Below, one piece after another: positions 52,640 to 64,000 of a stretch of DNA of 64,000 bases (positions within the stretch are counted from its first letter, which is position 1; each line of letters opens with the position of its first letter). Under the pieces are notes generated by a model, which had not been told where the DNA came from, did not search any database, and was given only the letters and a program-made list of their open reading frames with translations. Location of the stretch: assembly GCA_964016885.1 (NCBI GenBank), contig OZ024741.1, forward strand, positions 361,274,001-361,338,000, in the 5' to 3' direction. This DNA comes from Eledone cirrhosa (Eukaryota). The position numbers were made by a program, and so were the translations under genes.

Positions 52640-53190
52640 AAGCCCTTTATTTATTTATTAGGATTGTAAGGTGGGGTTGTGTCCATGACAATGGCAGGCT
52701 CTCTGAGACCAATGAAATTGATACTTTTGATGCTTAGCTTGAATTACTGCAGGCCAACGCCTGCAAGAAGGACTGAACATAGCTGTTACTGTGGGCCGGG
52801 AGGGTTGGACACAATATGATTGATGAAAGGAAAAGAGATGAGTGAGACTGGAGTGCCTGAGGGGAAATGGAACAAGGTCAGCAAACTCTGAGAAGCAGAA
52901 GCCATTGTAATAGCCATAGAAAAGACAGAAAGAGGAGAAAGAATGTCTGTGGGCCAGAGGCTGGAGCTTGTCTGTCAGTAACTTTAAGCTAATCAGATGA
53001 TTGATCTTTTTCTGGATGTAGTCGAAGATGTCTATGTGTGTGGTAACAACACTGTCTATCCCAGATGTAGGAACAGTTTTCTATTATGGATCTTACCTGA
53101 GGTTTATAGTGGGTCAGATCACCTAACTGTAAGTAGGTGCCACAGGATAATGTAGTTTTCCAAAATTGGTAGCAGCCAAACTGTAAAATA
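52640..53190 (-). mobile_element. Decayed Jockey/CR1-group LINE 3' fragment
   Basis: LTHYKPQVRSIIENCSYIWD resembles LYKAQVRP.MEYCS.IW. Confidence 0.55.
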
Positions 53191-54234
53191 CACAAGTGTT
53201 TTGTCATCTTGCTGTGCTGAGTTTATTCCAATCTTCTTGTTGATAATATAGGCAACAAATCAGCTGAGTAGTTTGAGCATTGAATTTAATAATGCCTCAA
53301 AATTTGTTCCAGCTCTCTCCATGCTGAGTTCAAATCCTGCTGATGTCAACTTTGTCTTTCATCTTTTCTGGGTCGATAAATAAAGTACCAATCCAACAGT
53401 AGTGAATTAGGGGAATATTTTTAAAGTCAGTGTCTGATCTGACTCTGTGTTTCATTATTTTCCTTTTTGTTTTCTTTTTTTATGATATGGACCCTCTTCG
53501 AAGTTAAACATTTTCAACTGAAAACTTTTTCCTTCCAAAACACACAGATTTACAAAGTCCAATGACAAACTTGATGTGTGAAATTGAATAAACGGGGACT
53601 GTTTGGTAGCTTGTCAGATGAACCATACCCTGTAATTCAAAGGGCTACTACATCTGAATCTCCCTGAGAATTATCTTAAAGGTGCACGTGTCTGTGGAAT
53701 ACTCAGCCACTTACATATTAATTTCATGAGCAAGCTACTTCATTGAATAAACAATTGGAACACACATTGTTGAAATCAATGTGCATCCATTTCAGTTATG
53801 TTAGTGTTAACATATTTATTGCAATGAGTTTAAAAAACAATAACTGGAAATAATTATGCTTTTTCAACACATTTTTCTCATTATCCTCTGGAGTAATGCA
53901 TTCGCAATTCTGTCCACTGGGACCATGAAGCAACATCCACCTACTAGTTAATTATTCACTGTGTTAAACTTTAGAACTATATCTATAAGTATCAGTTAGT
54001 AATTCTAATTGTTATTTTCACTTACAGCAGTTTATAAAACATCAAGAACATATTTCTGTATTTGAGAATGTTCATGAACACTTTTTTTTAAATATATATT
54101 TTTTTAGGCAAATTACTTCTCATGTGAAGCCAGCCTGCTGGGAAAGTATCCGTTAGTGTTATCACGCTGTTTCTATATTTGAAATAAAATTTTGATATCA
54201 GAGGGATTATGTATTTACAAATATATTTAATACA

Positions 54235-54553
54235 GAAGACCCAACTTCTAATGGGTACAAGCTGAAGCTGAAGCATATAGACAGTAGGCCTTCACCCCTT
54301 CCCACTGTAAAGTGGTCGTATAGGTGTCACGACAAAAGGCAACCAGTCCACACTGTAAAGTGGTCGTGTAGGCGCCACAGTAAAAAGCACCCCGTACTCA
54401 CTGTAAATGAGGTTGGTGTTAGGAATCAAGCCAAAATCAGTTCTGTATGAGCAAGACATAGTCACCTGACCTGGCATTGCCCACAACAGGACAACCCGTC
54501 TAACCCATGCTAGCATGGTAGAATGAACATAAAATGGTGATGATGATGATGAT
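54235..54553 (+). mobile_element. RTE 3' tail fragment with (GAT)n
   Basis: Aligns by eye with 34830-35160. Confidence 0.85.
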
Positions 54554-54644
54554 ACTAATACAGTGGAATTCTGATCGCAACAATTATGCTTTGATGAAAA
54601 GACAGTATTAATTAGTCTTTGACTAATATTGTTAAATATTAATA

Positions 54645-54823
54645 ATTGTTTCTACTTTAGGCACAAGGCCAGCAATTACCCAGTACATTACTGGTACTTT
54701 ATTTTATCGACCCCGTAAGATGAAAAGCAAAGTTAACCTCGGCGGGATTTGAACTCAGACTGTAAAGGGACGTAACTATGCTAGAAAGCATGGCGTCCAA
54801 CCCTCTACCGATACTGCCAATTC
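54645..54823 (-). mobile_element. tRNA-derived SINE
   Basis: Near-identical to the copy at 17631-17820. Confidence 0.9.
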
Positions 54824-55327
54824 AATTAATAATAACGTTAACATTGTTAACTGCTGTTTTTTCAAGCAGATGGCATCTCAAAGTAATTTCTCTGAGTAAT
54901 TTATTCTCCAAAAATAAGGTTGTATGTATATATATATTAAGATGTTGCCTGAGAAGAAGGTTTGTCATTTTTACCTACTCTACAAGCATCTATCATTACA
55001 AGTGCAATGGTGGTGGTGAGGATGGAGGGATGTGTCAAGTTCCACCAAACGTTTTTCTCTTCTTCATTCTGAATAAGGCAGTTCTTATTCTTAGGAGTAT
55101 GAATATTTATATTTATATAATGTGTATATGATATATATATATATATATATATACATATGTGCGTGAGTGTGTGTGTGTATTGTATTAAAAACATGATTAT
55201 ATTCTACTTTCAGCTTTAATTTTTTTAATTTCCTTTCATATGTTAGAATGAACTATTTAATAAGTTTAATAAACCCCTCCAAATTCTTAATTAATTCAAA
55301 TACAGTGTATTTCATTACAAATATAAT

Positions 55328-55700
55328 TGTTTCTACCTTTGGCACAAGGCCAGCAATTACCCAGTGCATTACTGGTACTTTATTTTATCGATCCCATACG
55401 GATGAAAGGCAAAGTTAACCTCGGCGGGATTTGAACTGAAATCATAACGAGAGGTAACTCTATTCTCCAAAGCATGGCATCCGACCCTCTACCGATACTG
55501 CCAACCCACCGCCTGAGTTTCTACTTTTGGCACAAGGCCAGCGATTACCCCAGTGCACCACTGGTACTTTATTTTATCGACCTCGTAAGGATGAAAGGCA
55601 AAGTTAACCTCGGCGGATTTGAACTCAGAATGCAAAGGACCATAACTATGCTGCAAAGCATGGCGTCTGATGCTCTACCGATACTGCCAAACCACCGCCC
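55328..55700 (-). mobile_element. Head-to-tail SINE dimer inside one 18-bp TSD
   Basis: TTTCATTACAAATATAAT at 55310-55327 and 55701-55718. Confidence 0.9.
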
Positions 55701-56306
55701 TTTCATTACAAATATAATAATGAAAAGATTAAAATAGTTGGCTTTTCAACAATACTTGAACCTTGTGTCTATTGCATTCTGAGTAATTCTGTTACTGATC
55801 ACACCACAAACCCTCTGCCTGTCTTTTGTTAAGTATTACTCCAACTACTTGAAAGTGCATAGCTTTGTGGTTTGAGTGTTGGACTCAAAATTGTAAAGTC
55901 ATAAATTTAATTTCTGGATGAGATAGTACACACTTTATTTCATATTGTTCCAGTCTACTCAGCTGGGGAAATTAGATGGGACAGCACTGATGCCAAGCTG
56001 TACTGGCCTTTAACTTTCTCTTAGACATCGTTGAGTCTCACCCTTGCAAGCAGGGAAAAGCAGACGTAAAATGATGATGATGATGATCGTTGATGGTGTG
56101 TAGAAAGAAGACTGGCATGCCTGGGCAACAGCTAGTCTTCCACAAAACACCCTGCCCAGGTTTGTGCCTTGAAGAATAACTTTCTAGTTGCAAATCCATC
56201 GGTCACTCATGACAAATGAGGACTGTTAAAAAACACTCCAACTACACAGTTAAGCTTGTATCTAGATGTCTATTTTCTAGATAAGCAAGGAATATACCAC
56301 CACAGC

Positions 56307-56535
56307 TTAACCCTTTAGCATTTACATTACTCTATATTTACTATTATATTTTCATGGTAAATGCTTTACCTCACATAATTATCTCACATAATATTGAATC
56401 TATGAGATTTTTATATTATTTATTTTGAGAACAATACCTTAACATCAGTATGAGTAGCCAGTTATGGCCAGTTTGAATAGAAAATGGTGAGAGAATTCTG
56501 ACCAGATACGGCTGGTTTAAATGTTAAAGGATGAA
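56307..56535 (-). mobile_element. piggyBac-like MITE, family A (inverted)
   Basis: Reverse complement of the 46047 and 48418 copies. Confidence 0.87.
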
Positions 56536-57054
56536 GCATATCCTAGTTGTTCTACCATAAATTATTCTTGTTTTTGTTTTTGTTTTTTTGGTGGGTGTGT
56601 GAAACAATTTAAGTGGTCATTCAAAAAGTGAGATTAGAACTAGTTTACTTGCAAAGTTTCAGTGCTTTAAAAGTAATATATTAGAATGGCCTACAATAGA
56701 TTATAATTAATTGTCCAATATTTATGTCAAGTGTCTAAGGAAGAAAAACATGCCAATTGTTTTCTTAACCCAATGTAGACTGATACATAATTAGGCAAGA
56801 ACCAATATAGAATTTTATACACATGCACACACAGAGATTATGTATGTATATATGCATGCATGCATGTATGTGTGTGTGTGTTTGCGTGTATGTTTTATTA
56901 AAACAGTGAATCCAATAAAAGACATTTTGTTTTGTTTTAGATAAAACATGTTCACACTCAGTATTGACACTTTGACTACTCTATTCTAAGTAGTCTTATC
57001 GTGTTCCCCTGAGCAAGTAACACTAGGCCATATATATATGTGTGTGTGTGTGTG

Positions 57055-57385
57055 AAGGTACATGGCTTAGTAGTTAGAGCATTGGGCTTGCAACCGAGAG
57101 GTTGTGAGTTCAATTCTCGGACCAAGTGATGCATTGTGTCCTTGAGCAAGACACTTTATTTCACGTTCCTCCAGTTCAATCAGCTGTAGAAATGAGTTAT
57201 GATGTCACTGGTGCCAAGCTGTATTGGTCATAGTCTTTCTCTTGGACAAGATCAGTGGTGTGAAGAGGAGAGGCTGGTATGCATGGCGACTGGTTGTCCT
57301 CCACAAATAACCTTGCCCTTACTTGTGCTTTGGAAAGAAACTTTCTTGCAAATCCCATGAACATTCGTGACTGAAGGGGGTCTTT
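57055..57385 (+). mobile_element. Second tRNA-derived SINE family (CORE/V-like centre)
   Basis: ATGGCTTAGTAGTTAGAGC...GAGTTCAATTCTC head and TGTGTCCTTGAGCAAGACACTT centre. Related copies near 21305, 37680, 42860, 60638. Confidence 0.8.
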
Positions 57386-57427
57386 TCTCTTTATATATAT
57401 ATGTGTGTGTGTAGATATATACATATA

Positions 57428-57790
57428 CAGGGTGGGTAGAAAGAAACTCCCTATTTAATAACTTTATTAATTAGCAGTACAGTACAGTGTTCAAATTCGA
57501 CATAGGCATCAGCAATGCCCACCAGTGTTTGTAATCTTCTGGGTACATCCTCAACTGACTTCATCAGGAACTCAGGTGGTATGTTGATCAGTACATAATG
57601 AATGCATTCCTCCAATTCAGTCAGAGTTTTTGGTTTTGAGCTATAAACTTCTTCCTTTACCCACTCCCACAGAAAAAATTGTATGGCGCTAAGTCAGGAT
57701 TTCTTGCTGGCCATTCATGTGGACCTCGACAACTCAGACAATGTCCTGGAAATTGAAGATCAAACCACTTATGAACAGGACATACTAATA
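57428..57790 (-). mobile_element. Tc1/mariner transposase relic with one terminus
   Basis: WFDLQFPGH...RGPHEWPARNPDLAPYNFF resembles WPARSPDLTP.DFFLWG. TA|CAGGGTG end at 57428. Confidence 0.8.
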
Positions 57791-58613
57791 AAGCCCTGAT
57801 AAATACAACTGCCATGAAGAGTAAAGAATCTAATATTTTGGACACTTTGTCATTCCTTCATCTCGGTTGGAGGAAGAGGGAGAAAATCATGTTGTCATTT
57901 AGGAAGCTGTGGGCATATCAACTTTTCTATGAACTCTTATATCGATTAATCATTGTCAATGCTAACCACAAGCAGATTTTTCAGAGTCCAGGTTTTATCT
58001 TACAGTTAAAGTCAGTCATGTGCTGAGAAAAAAGTGAAATAATTTCATTGTAAGATCATTGCTCTCTTCTTTGTAACCTCCAGATTTTTCACCCACTTCT
58101 TTCTTTTCCAGTTATTTCATTTTTCTCCTCTCCTCTCCCTTCTCCCCTCCTTCTAGCTAATGCTCACTTTTCTTCATTTTCAGAATTAATAATTCTTCTA
58201 TTCTTTCTGTCATCCAGTGTTGTTGCCACCTTTCACATAAATAACTGTGTATTAATTATTGTTGACCATGTATTGATGTCCATTTTAGTACAGCAATTCA
58301 TTTATATATACATACAATACAGACACACAAATACACATACACACACACACGTACGTATGTACGTAAGCCCTACAGTCAAGCCAAAACTATTTAAGCTTGA
58401 CTGTTCGGTTTGCATGTATCAAATAATATCTACACTCTACTTTCTTTAAAGTATGGCATACTAAATTAAATAATGGTCTTACCAGGTTTGAAATTAGTAA
58501 CAACTTATCCATGTATATATATATACAGTTCCCATATGGGCAAGACATGGTCACCCGACCTGGCATTGCTCACAACAGTGTTGTAAAACGGTGTTGATAA
58601 TGATGATGATAAT

Positions 58614-58615
<2 letters not shown>

Positions 58616-58704
<89 letters not shown>
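58616..58704. repeat. (CA)n microsatellite
   Basis: Directly visible. Confidence 0.97.
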
Positions 58705-58705
<1 letters not shown>

Positions 58706-59094
58706 CGATTCTTTGCTTAAACTTTAATCTGTTATTTAATAAATATATATATATTATATATATATATATATATTATGGTGTGCTTTTTTTTTATTGTTGT
58801 TATATATGTTGTTGGTTTCATAATCTTATTTCTATAGTTTCTGTGTCCAACCAAATACAATGTTTTCATTTTCAAGTCTTTCAGATATCTCTGCAGCTGA
58901 AAATTAAAAAATTGTTTAAATTCTGAAAATGTTTTCCTGTTTAATTCTTCCAAAATATTGTCTTATTAACTTACTATTTCAAAGAACTTCTTTTGCATGT
59001 TCCACATCTATGCAGGTTCTTTCTTTTTGTCCCCTACACTCTCTGTGTTGCTTTTTTTTTGTTTGTTTTTTGTTTTTTGTTTTTTTTTTCTTAG

Positions 59095-59103
59095 GGAGGG
59101 ATG
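59095..59103 (+). CDS. Candidate calpain microexon, 9 nt (GGM)
   Basis: About 40-nt T tract ending TTCTTAG, weaker ATG|GTATAT donor. In frame. Confidence 0.25.
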
Positions 59104-60031
59104 GTATATGTAAATATATATGATTATATAATAAAATTATTTATTTATTTCTAAACATTTCAAATTATATAATTTTGTTTAATGTCCTCTCTCTATGCAC
59201 AAACATTTTCAACTTTTAACCCTTTTGACACCAAAAACCATCTTGGTTCTACAGTACTAAGTGGCATATATTAATATACATATCTACAAACCTTTTAACA
59301 TAATTTTATCTATGGACCTTTATTAAGTTATGTTCTAACACCAACTGAATAATGAGAAATTTTGTTATATTACTAGAACCATCCAAATTCTTGATTATAT
59401 TCAAACTCATAAACAGTGTCTTTACTTAGAAATATAGTAACAAAAGGGTTAAAGATTATTGCACATATTTTGTTTGGTTTCTTCCTCTCCATATTTTTAG
59501 CATCAGGGCAATGGATTGGCAGAATTGTTAGAGCGCCAAACAAAATACTTTGCAGTATTTGGCTAAGGCTCTGAGGTCAACTTTGCCTTTCATCCTCCAA
59601 AGGTTGATAAAATAAAGTACCAGCCAAGTGCTGGGGTCAATTTAATTCACCTTCCTCTCCCCTCAAATTGCTGGCCTTTTGCCTAAATTAGAAGTTATAT
59701 TCTTGTCATCAAGAGATTCTACTTTATACGCTCTAATTTTAAAAATGCTAAGTAATCTGAAAAATATTAAATTTTATAATAATTTTTTCGATTTTGAAAA
59801 ATACGTCTTCCTCATTATATATATTTTGATATAAATTTTTTTCAAAAAATGTAATTTTATTAAATTATATTTGAATAATCAGAAAGTAAAATAAGTTTAA
59901 TAAAACGCAGATAAAGAAAATGTTAAAAATAGCTCTAATCTAGATTATCTTTTAATAACTAAAGTTACGCACATTAACTTAAATTATATTTTCAATTATA
60001 TTTGCAATGTATTTTATTGAAAATCTGTTAT

Positions 60032-60047
60032 TGTATATATATATATG

Positions 60048-60100
<53 letters not shown>

Positions 60101-60127
60101 GTATATATATGTATGTATATATATATG

Positions 60128-60165
<38 letters not shown>

Positions 60166-60216
60166 TATATATATATACATATATGTATGTATATATATAT
60201 ATATATACATATATGC

Positions 60217-60288
<72 letters not shown>

Positions 60289-60289
60289 G

Positions 60290-60327
<38 letters not shown>

Positions 60328-60347
60328 TGTATATATATATGTATATG

Positions 60348-60404
<57 letters not shown>
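60032..60404. repeat. (TA)n/(TATG)n/(TG)n microsatellite about 35 nt upstream of the Asn exon acceptor
   Basis: Directly visible. Confidence 0.96.
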
Positions 60405-60437
60405 ACATATATTACATCCATGTTTCCTGAATCATAG

Positions 60438-60535
60438 GTTGAAATTGAAACACCAAACAAGACAGGCAAAATACCAATGGTGAGGATCCGTAATCCATGG
60501 GGAGAAAGTGAATGGAATGGTGCATGGAGTGACAA
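60438..60535 (+). CDS. Calpain exon with catalytic Asn, 98 nt: [33 protein letters not shown]
   Basis: ATCATAG acceptor, AA|GTAAGT donor, RIRNPWG and EWNGAWSD motifs. In frame with the His exon. Confidence 0.97.
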
Positions 60536-60637
60536 GTAAGTTTATGCCTGCTTTTCTTTGCACCATTGTTATTATAGGTCATGTGTGTTTGTATATATAT
60601 TTATATATATATCTGTAACTCTTTAAAATTTACACAT

Positions 60638-60976
60638 GGAGGCACATGGCTTAGTGGTTAGAGCATTGGCCTTGCAATCGAAAGGTTGTGAGTTCAATTC
60701 TCAGACCGGGTGATGTGTTGTTTCCTTGAGCAAGACACTTTATTTCACATTGCTCCATTACTCAGCTGTAGAAATGAGATGATAAGGACTGGGGTCCATA
60801 TCCCACTGCAAAGTGGTCGTGGAGGTACCACGGCAAAAAAGCACCCAGCACTCACTGTAAATGAGGTTGGTGTTAGGAAGGGCATCCAGCTGTAGAAATA
60901 AAGCCAAAATCAGTTTCCGTCCCACCCTTGCAAGCAGGGAAAAAGCTGACGTAAAATGAAATGATGATGATGATGA
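60638..60976 (+). mobile_element. tRNA-head SINE joined to an RTE-type 3' tail
   Basis: Head like 57055, tail like 34905-35160, ends in (GAT)n. Confidence 0.8.
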
Positions 60977-61586
60977 CATACATACATACACAAAATGCAT
61001 TTCCTATCTCAATCATATTGCTACAATAAGAAGTTTGCTGTTCAGTCACAAAGTCCTGGATTCTAGCCCTACATTTATCCATGTTAATACTTATTTCTCC
61101 AAAGTTACTCATAGATTTAACCATGTATGTCATTTGTACATATATATTGAACACTTATGTAATTATATCCTAGAAATAAATTATTAAAATGTAATTCTTA
61201 TTTTTAATCACTTCTACATGTCAATAATCAAAATAAACTATTGGGTTTCTTATGCAAACCTTTAACTTACCAGAATGCAAATATCCCAGTTTATATGATT
61301 GTTCATATATCTAGTAATGCTGATATATATGGCATACCAATACTGGACTCCATAAACTAAATACTTTTAACACTATTGCCATCAATATTTAGAGGGCCCA
61401 ATAGTATATATAATCCACAAGTATATATATATTTGTGTGTCCAGGCCTAAATAGCAAGGAAAACAAACATGAAATGATTATATATATATGTGTGTGTGTG
61501 TGTATCGGGTCATCGAGTATGAAATTTGTAGATATTTGTAGAAATAAAAAAATTTCTACAAATTTCATACTTGACAATCCAATATA

Positions 61587-63170
61587 TATCATCATCATCA
61601 TCATCATTTAACGTCCATCTTCCATGCTAGCATGGGTTTAGACGGGAATTGTCCCACATGAGACAACATTGGTCGTCTCGCTCGTATAGGACTGTCTGGC
61701 AGGTTTTCTACGGCTGGATGCCCTTCCTAACACCAACCATGTTTACAGTGTGGACTGGGAGGTTTTTACCGTGTTACCTACACGGCCACATTACAGCGTG
61801 GACTGTGTTCTTTTGTCGTGACACCTACATGACCTCATTTATTTAGGACTGGATGTTGTGGTACCAACATAACTTTACAGAGAAAGGGGTGGTGTTGATG
61901 GGGGTGGGGTGCCTAATGACTGTAGGTTTCGCTTTGTACTTAGGCAAGGCGGGTTTTCTGTATTACTGCGTAGCTCCAAAGATCTCGGTCCAGTGACCTC
62001 TTGGAGAGGTGTAAGTGTGTAAGGTTGGAATTTATCAAATCGACCCAGGTTTTTCTAGGTGTGCCTACTCCGTAACTTCCGTCTATTTTGATTGCCCTGC
62101 ACTTTTTTAATACAGCTGTCGTCTTTCATGCGCATGACGTGACCATACCAACGTAGTCTTCTCTCAAGTAAACAGCATCTGATCCCTCTTATACCTAATT
62201 TCTCACTTAGTTCATTTATGCTTTGCTGTTCACGTATATTACTATTACACTTCCAGCGGAGCATGCATGCTTCATTCCTCTCCAGTCTGCGCAGATCCTC
62301 TGCACACAATGCCCATGTCTCACTGCCATGTAACATTGCTGTTCGTATGCAGGCATCATACAGTCTGTCTTTCATTTTTAGAGAGAAACCTTTAGCAGCC
62401 AATAGTGGTATAAGCTCTCTGAACTTTTTCCATCTCGTTCTGACTCTGGCTACTGTACTTTCTGAGCACCCTCCACCACTGCTGATTTTGTCACCCAGGT
62501 AACGGAAGGTGTCCACTATTTCTATAGAGCCATCTGGGCAATAGAAGGAGCTAGTATCCTGTGGGTACTTGCTACTTATTGCACCTGAGCACCGGCCACA
62601 TATAAAATCTACGTTCTTAGATAGCTTACTTGTGATCCCACTACATCTTTTATGTACCCATACTTTGCATTTGGGACATAAAATGGAATTTCTGCCTACT
62701 CCTTTCCTACACACTGAGCATGGCCAAGTTCCCAGGGAGGACCTGTGTCCTATTTTCCTTCCTACATACTAGAACTTTAGTCTTAGACAAGTTAACTTTA
62801 AGGCCTTTTGACTCTAGGCCATGCTTCCATGTTTGGAATTTCTTCTCTAGTTCAGCCATTGATTCGGCTATGAGCGTTAGCTCATCTGCATAGAGAAGTT
62901 CCCATGGGCAGCCAGTCTTGAACTCCTCTGTTATAGCCTGAAGGGCAATAATAAATAGGAGGGGGCTAAGGACAGAGCCCTGATGAACACCAACTTTTAC
63001 GCTAAATTCTTCACTATATTTGTTGTTAATTCTAACTTTGCTGACTGTTTCTTTATACATGGCTTGTATAGCTCTCACAAGCCATTCATCAACCCTTAGT
63101 TTTCTAATGGCCCACCAGATAATGGCATGGGAGACTCTGTCAACTGTTTTCTCCAAGTCAACAAAAGCTA
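61587..63170 (-). mobile_element. 5'-truncated RTE-clade LINE
   Basis: VGVHQGSVLSPLLF, LLYADEL, GLKVNLSKTK, C..CK.WVHKRC finger, FRYLGD, ERRLRWYGHVMR, 3' UTR and (GAT)n tail. Frameshifted. Confidence 0.95.
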
Positions 63171-64000
63171 AGTATATATATATATATGAATATGTGCGTC
63201 TGTGTATGTGTGTATGTGTGTGTATTCACACAGATAGAGAAAGAGAGAGAGAGAAAGTGAGGAGATAGACAGTATTGTTGAGAGAAAGTATTTGTTTTCT
63301 AGTATGAATGAAAGTATTTTTAGAACATTTGCTCCCCTCTCTTCTCTCTGGCCCTTTTTTTTCTTACATTTGTGATCCATGAAATCTAAATTTAAAAAAT
63401 TTAGAACGTTTTTGACAGATCAGGGTAGTGTGCATGTGGGACAAATGAACAAAAAGCTGTGCAGCTATTATCAGCAAAAATTTAAAATTATTGTTATGGT
63501 TATTTGGTTATCTAGTTCATGGCCCAATTCTATTCAAGATTTCATGCGTAGGTAGGCTTTGAGTTATGTACAAAACAGAGAAAATAAAAGGCAATAGAAA
63601 TGCACTCACACATAGATGTATAGATTGATAGATGACAATAGAATTACTTTTAAACATTGCTGGATATAATAGTAGTGTCGACTACTCACAACCTATCGTT
63701 GTCATCTTCTTTAATGTCTATTTGCCATGCTTATATGGATTATACATATCACATTCTGAGGCTGGTTTAAATACTAAAGGGTTAATGGTATGGGCCCAAG
63801 AGCTATCATGAAGAGCAACATGAAATGAAGCGACTTGCTCAAGAACACAATGTACTGCCTGTCCCAAGGAATTGAACACACAACCTAACTACTAAGCCAC
63901 ATATGTTCACAATTGTGTGTAATAATAGTTGTGTAATATAGATTGAAATATTGACCATATATGTAGAAAGTAATACATTCACATCACATAGAAACATAGC

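Noticed and set aside
54108-54160. TAG-preceded frame ANYFSCEASLLGKYPLV resembling GKIPMV (possible duplicated Asn exon)
   Set aside because: No RNPWG motif, early stop, and similarity too short to exceed chance.
57055-57125. tRNA gene (also other A/B-box matches)
   Set aside because: These are SINE heads continuing into SINE bodies, with no complete cloverleaf.

Overview
AT-rich, repeat-dense animal genomic DNA, most likely an octopus/coleoid cephalopod (inferred from the SINE families, RTE/CR1 LINE debris and long TA/TG microsatellites). It is not prokaryotic and there is no CRISPR array. The only host gene I can support is a classical calpain on the + strand. Five GT-AG exons (22139-22208, 28141-28393, 33338-33506, 39436-39516, 60438-60535) splice in frame and encode the protease core with an intact Cys/His/Asn triad. 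The 5' and 3' exons lie outside the window. The rest is probably intron, filled with L1/Tx1, CR1, RTE, Penelope, RLE-type and LTR remnants, tRNA-derived SINEs, MITEs, Helitron-like pieces, a mariner relic and a 3.1-kb 25/26-bp minisatellite. Most long ORFs in the supplied track are repeat artefacts. The leads most worth testing are: (1) a series of frame-preserving candidate microexons (12, 18, 12, 9, possibly 3 nt) inside the catalytic domain; (2) an inverted ~570-bp repeat pair bracketing four exons that sum to 573 nt, which would give a stop-free circRNA frame; (3) minimal hammerhead ribozyme motifs attached to Penelope remnants; (4) a perfect 120-bp palindrome and a perfect 22-bp hairpin. 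All functional claims are inference from sequence only.
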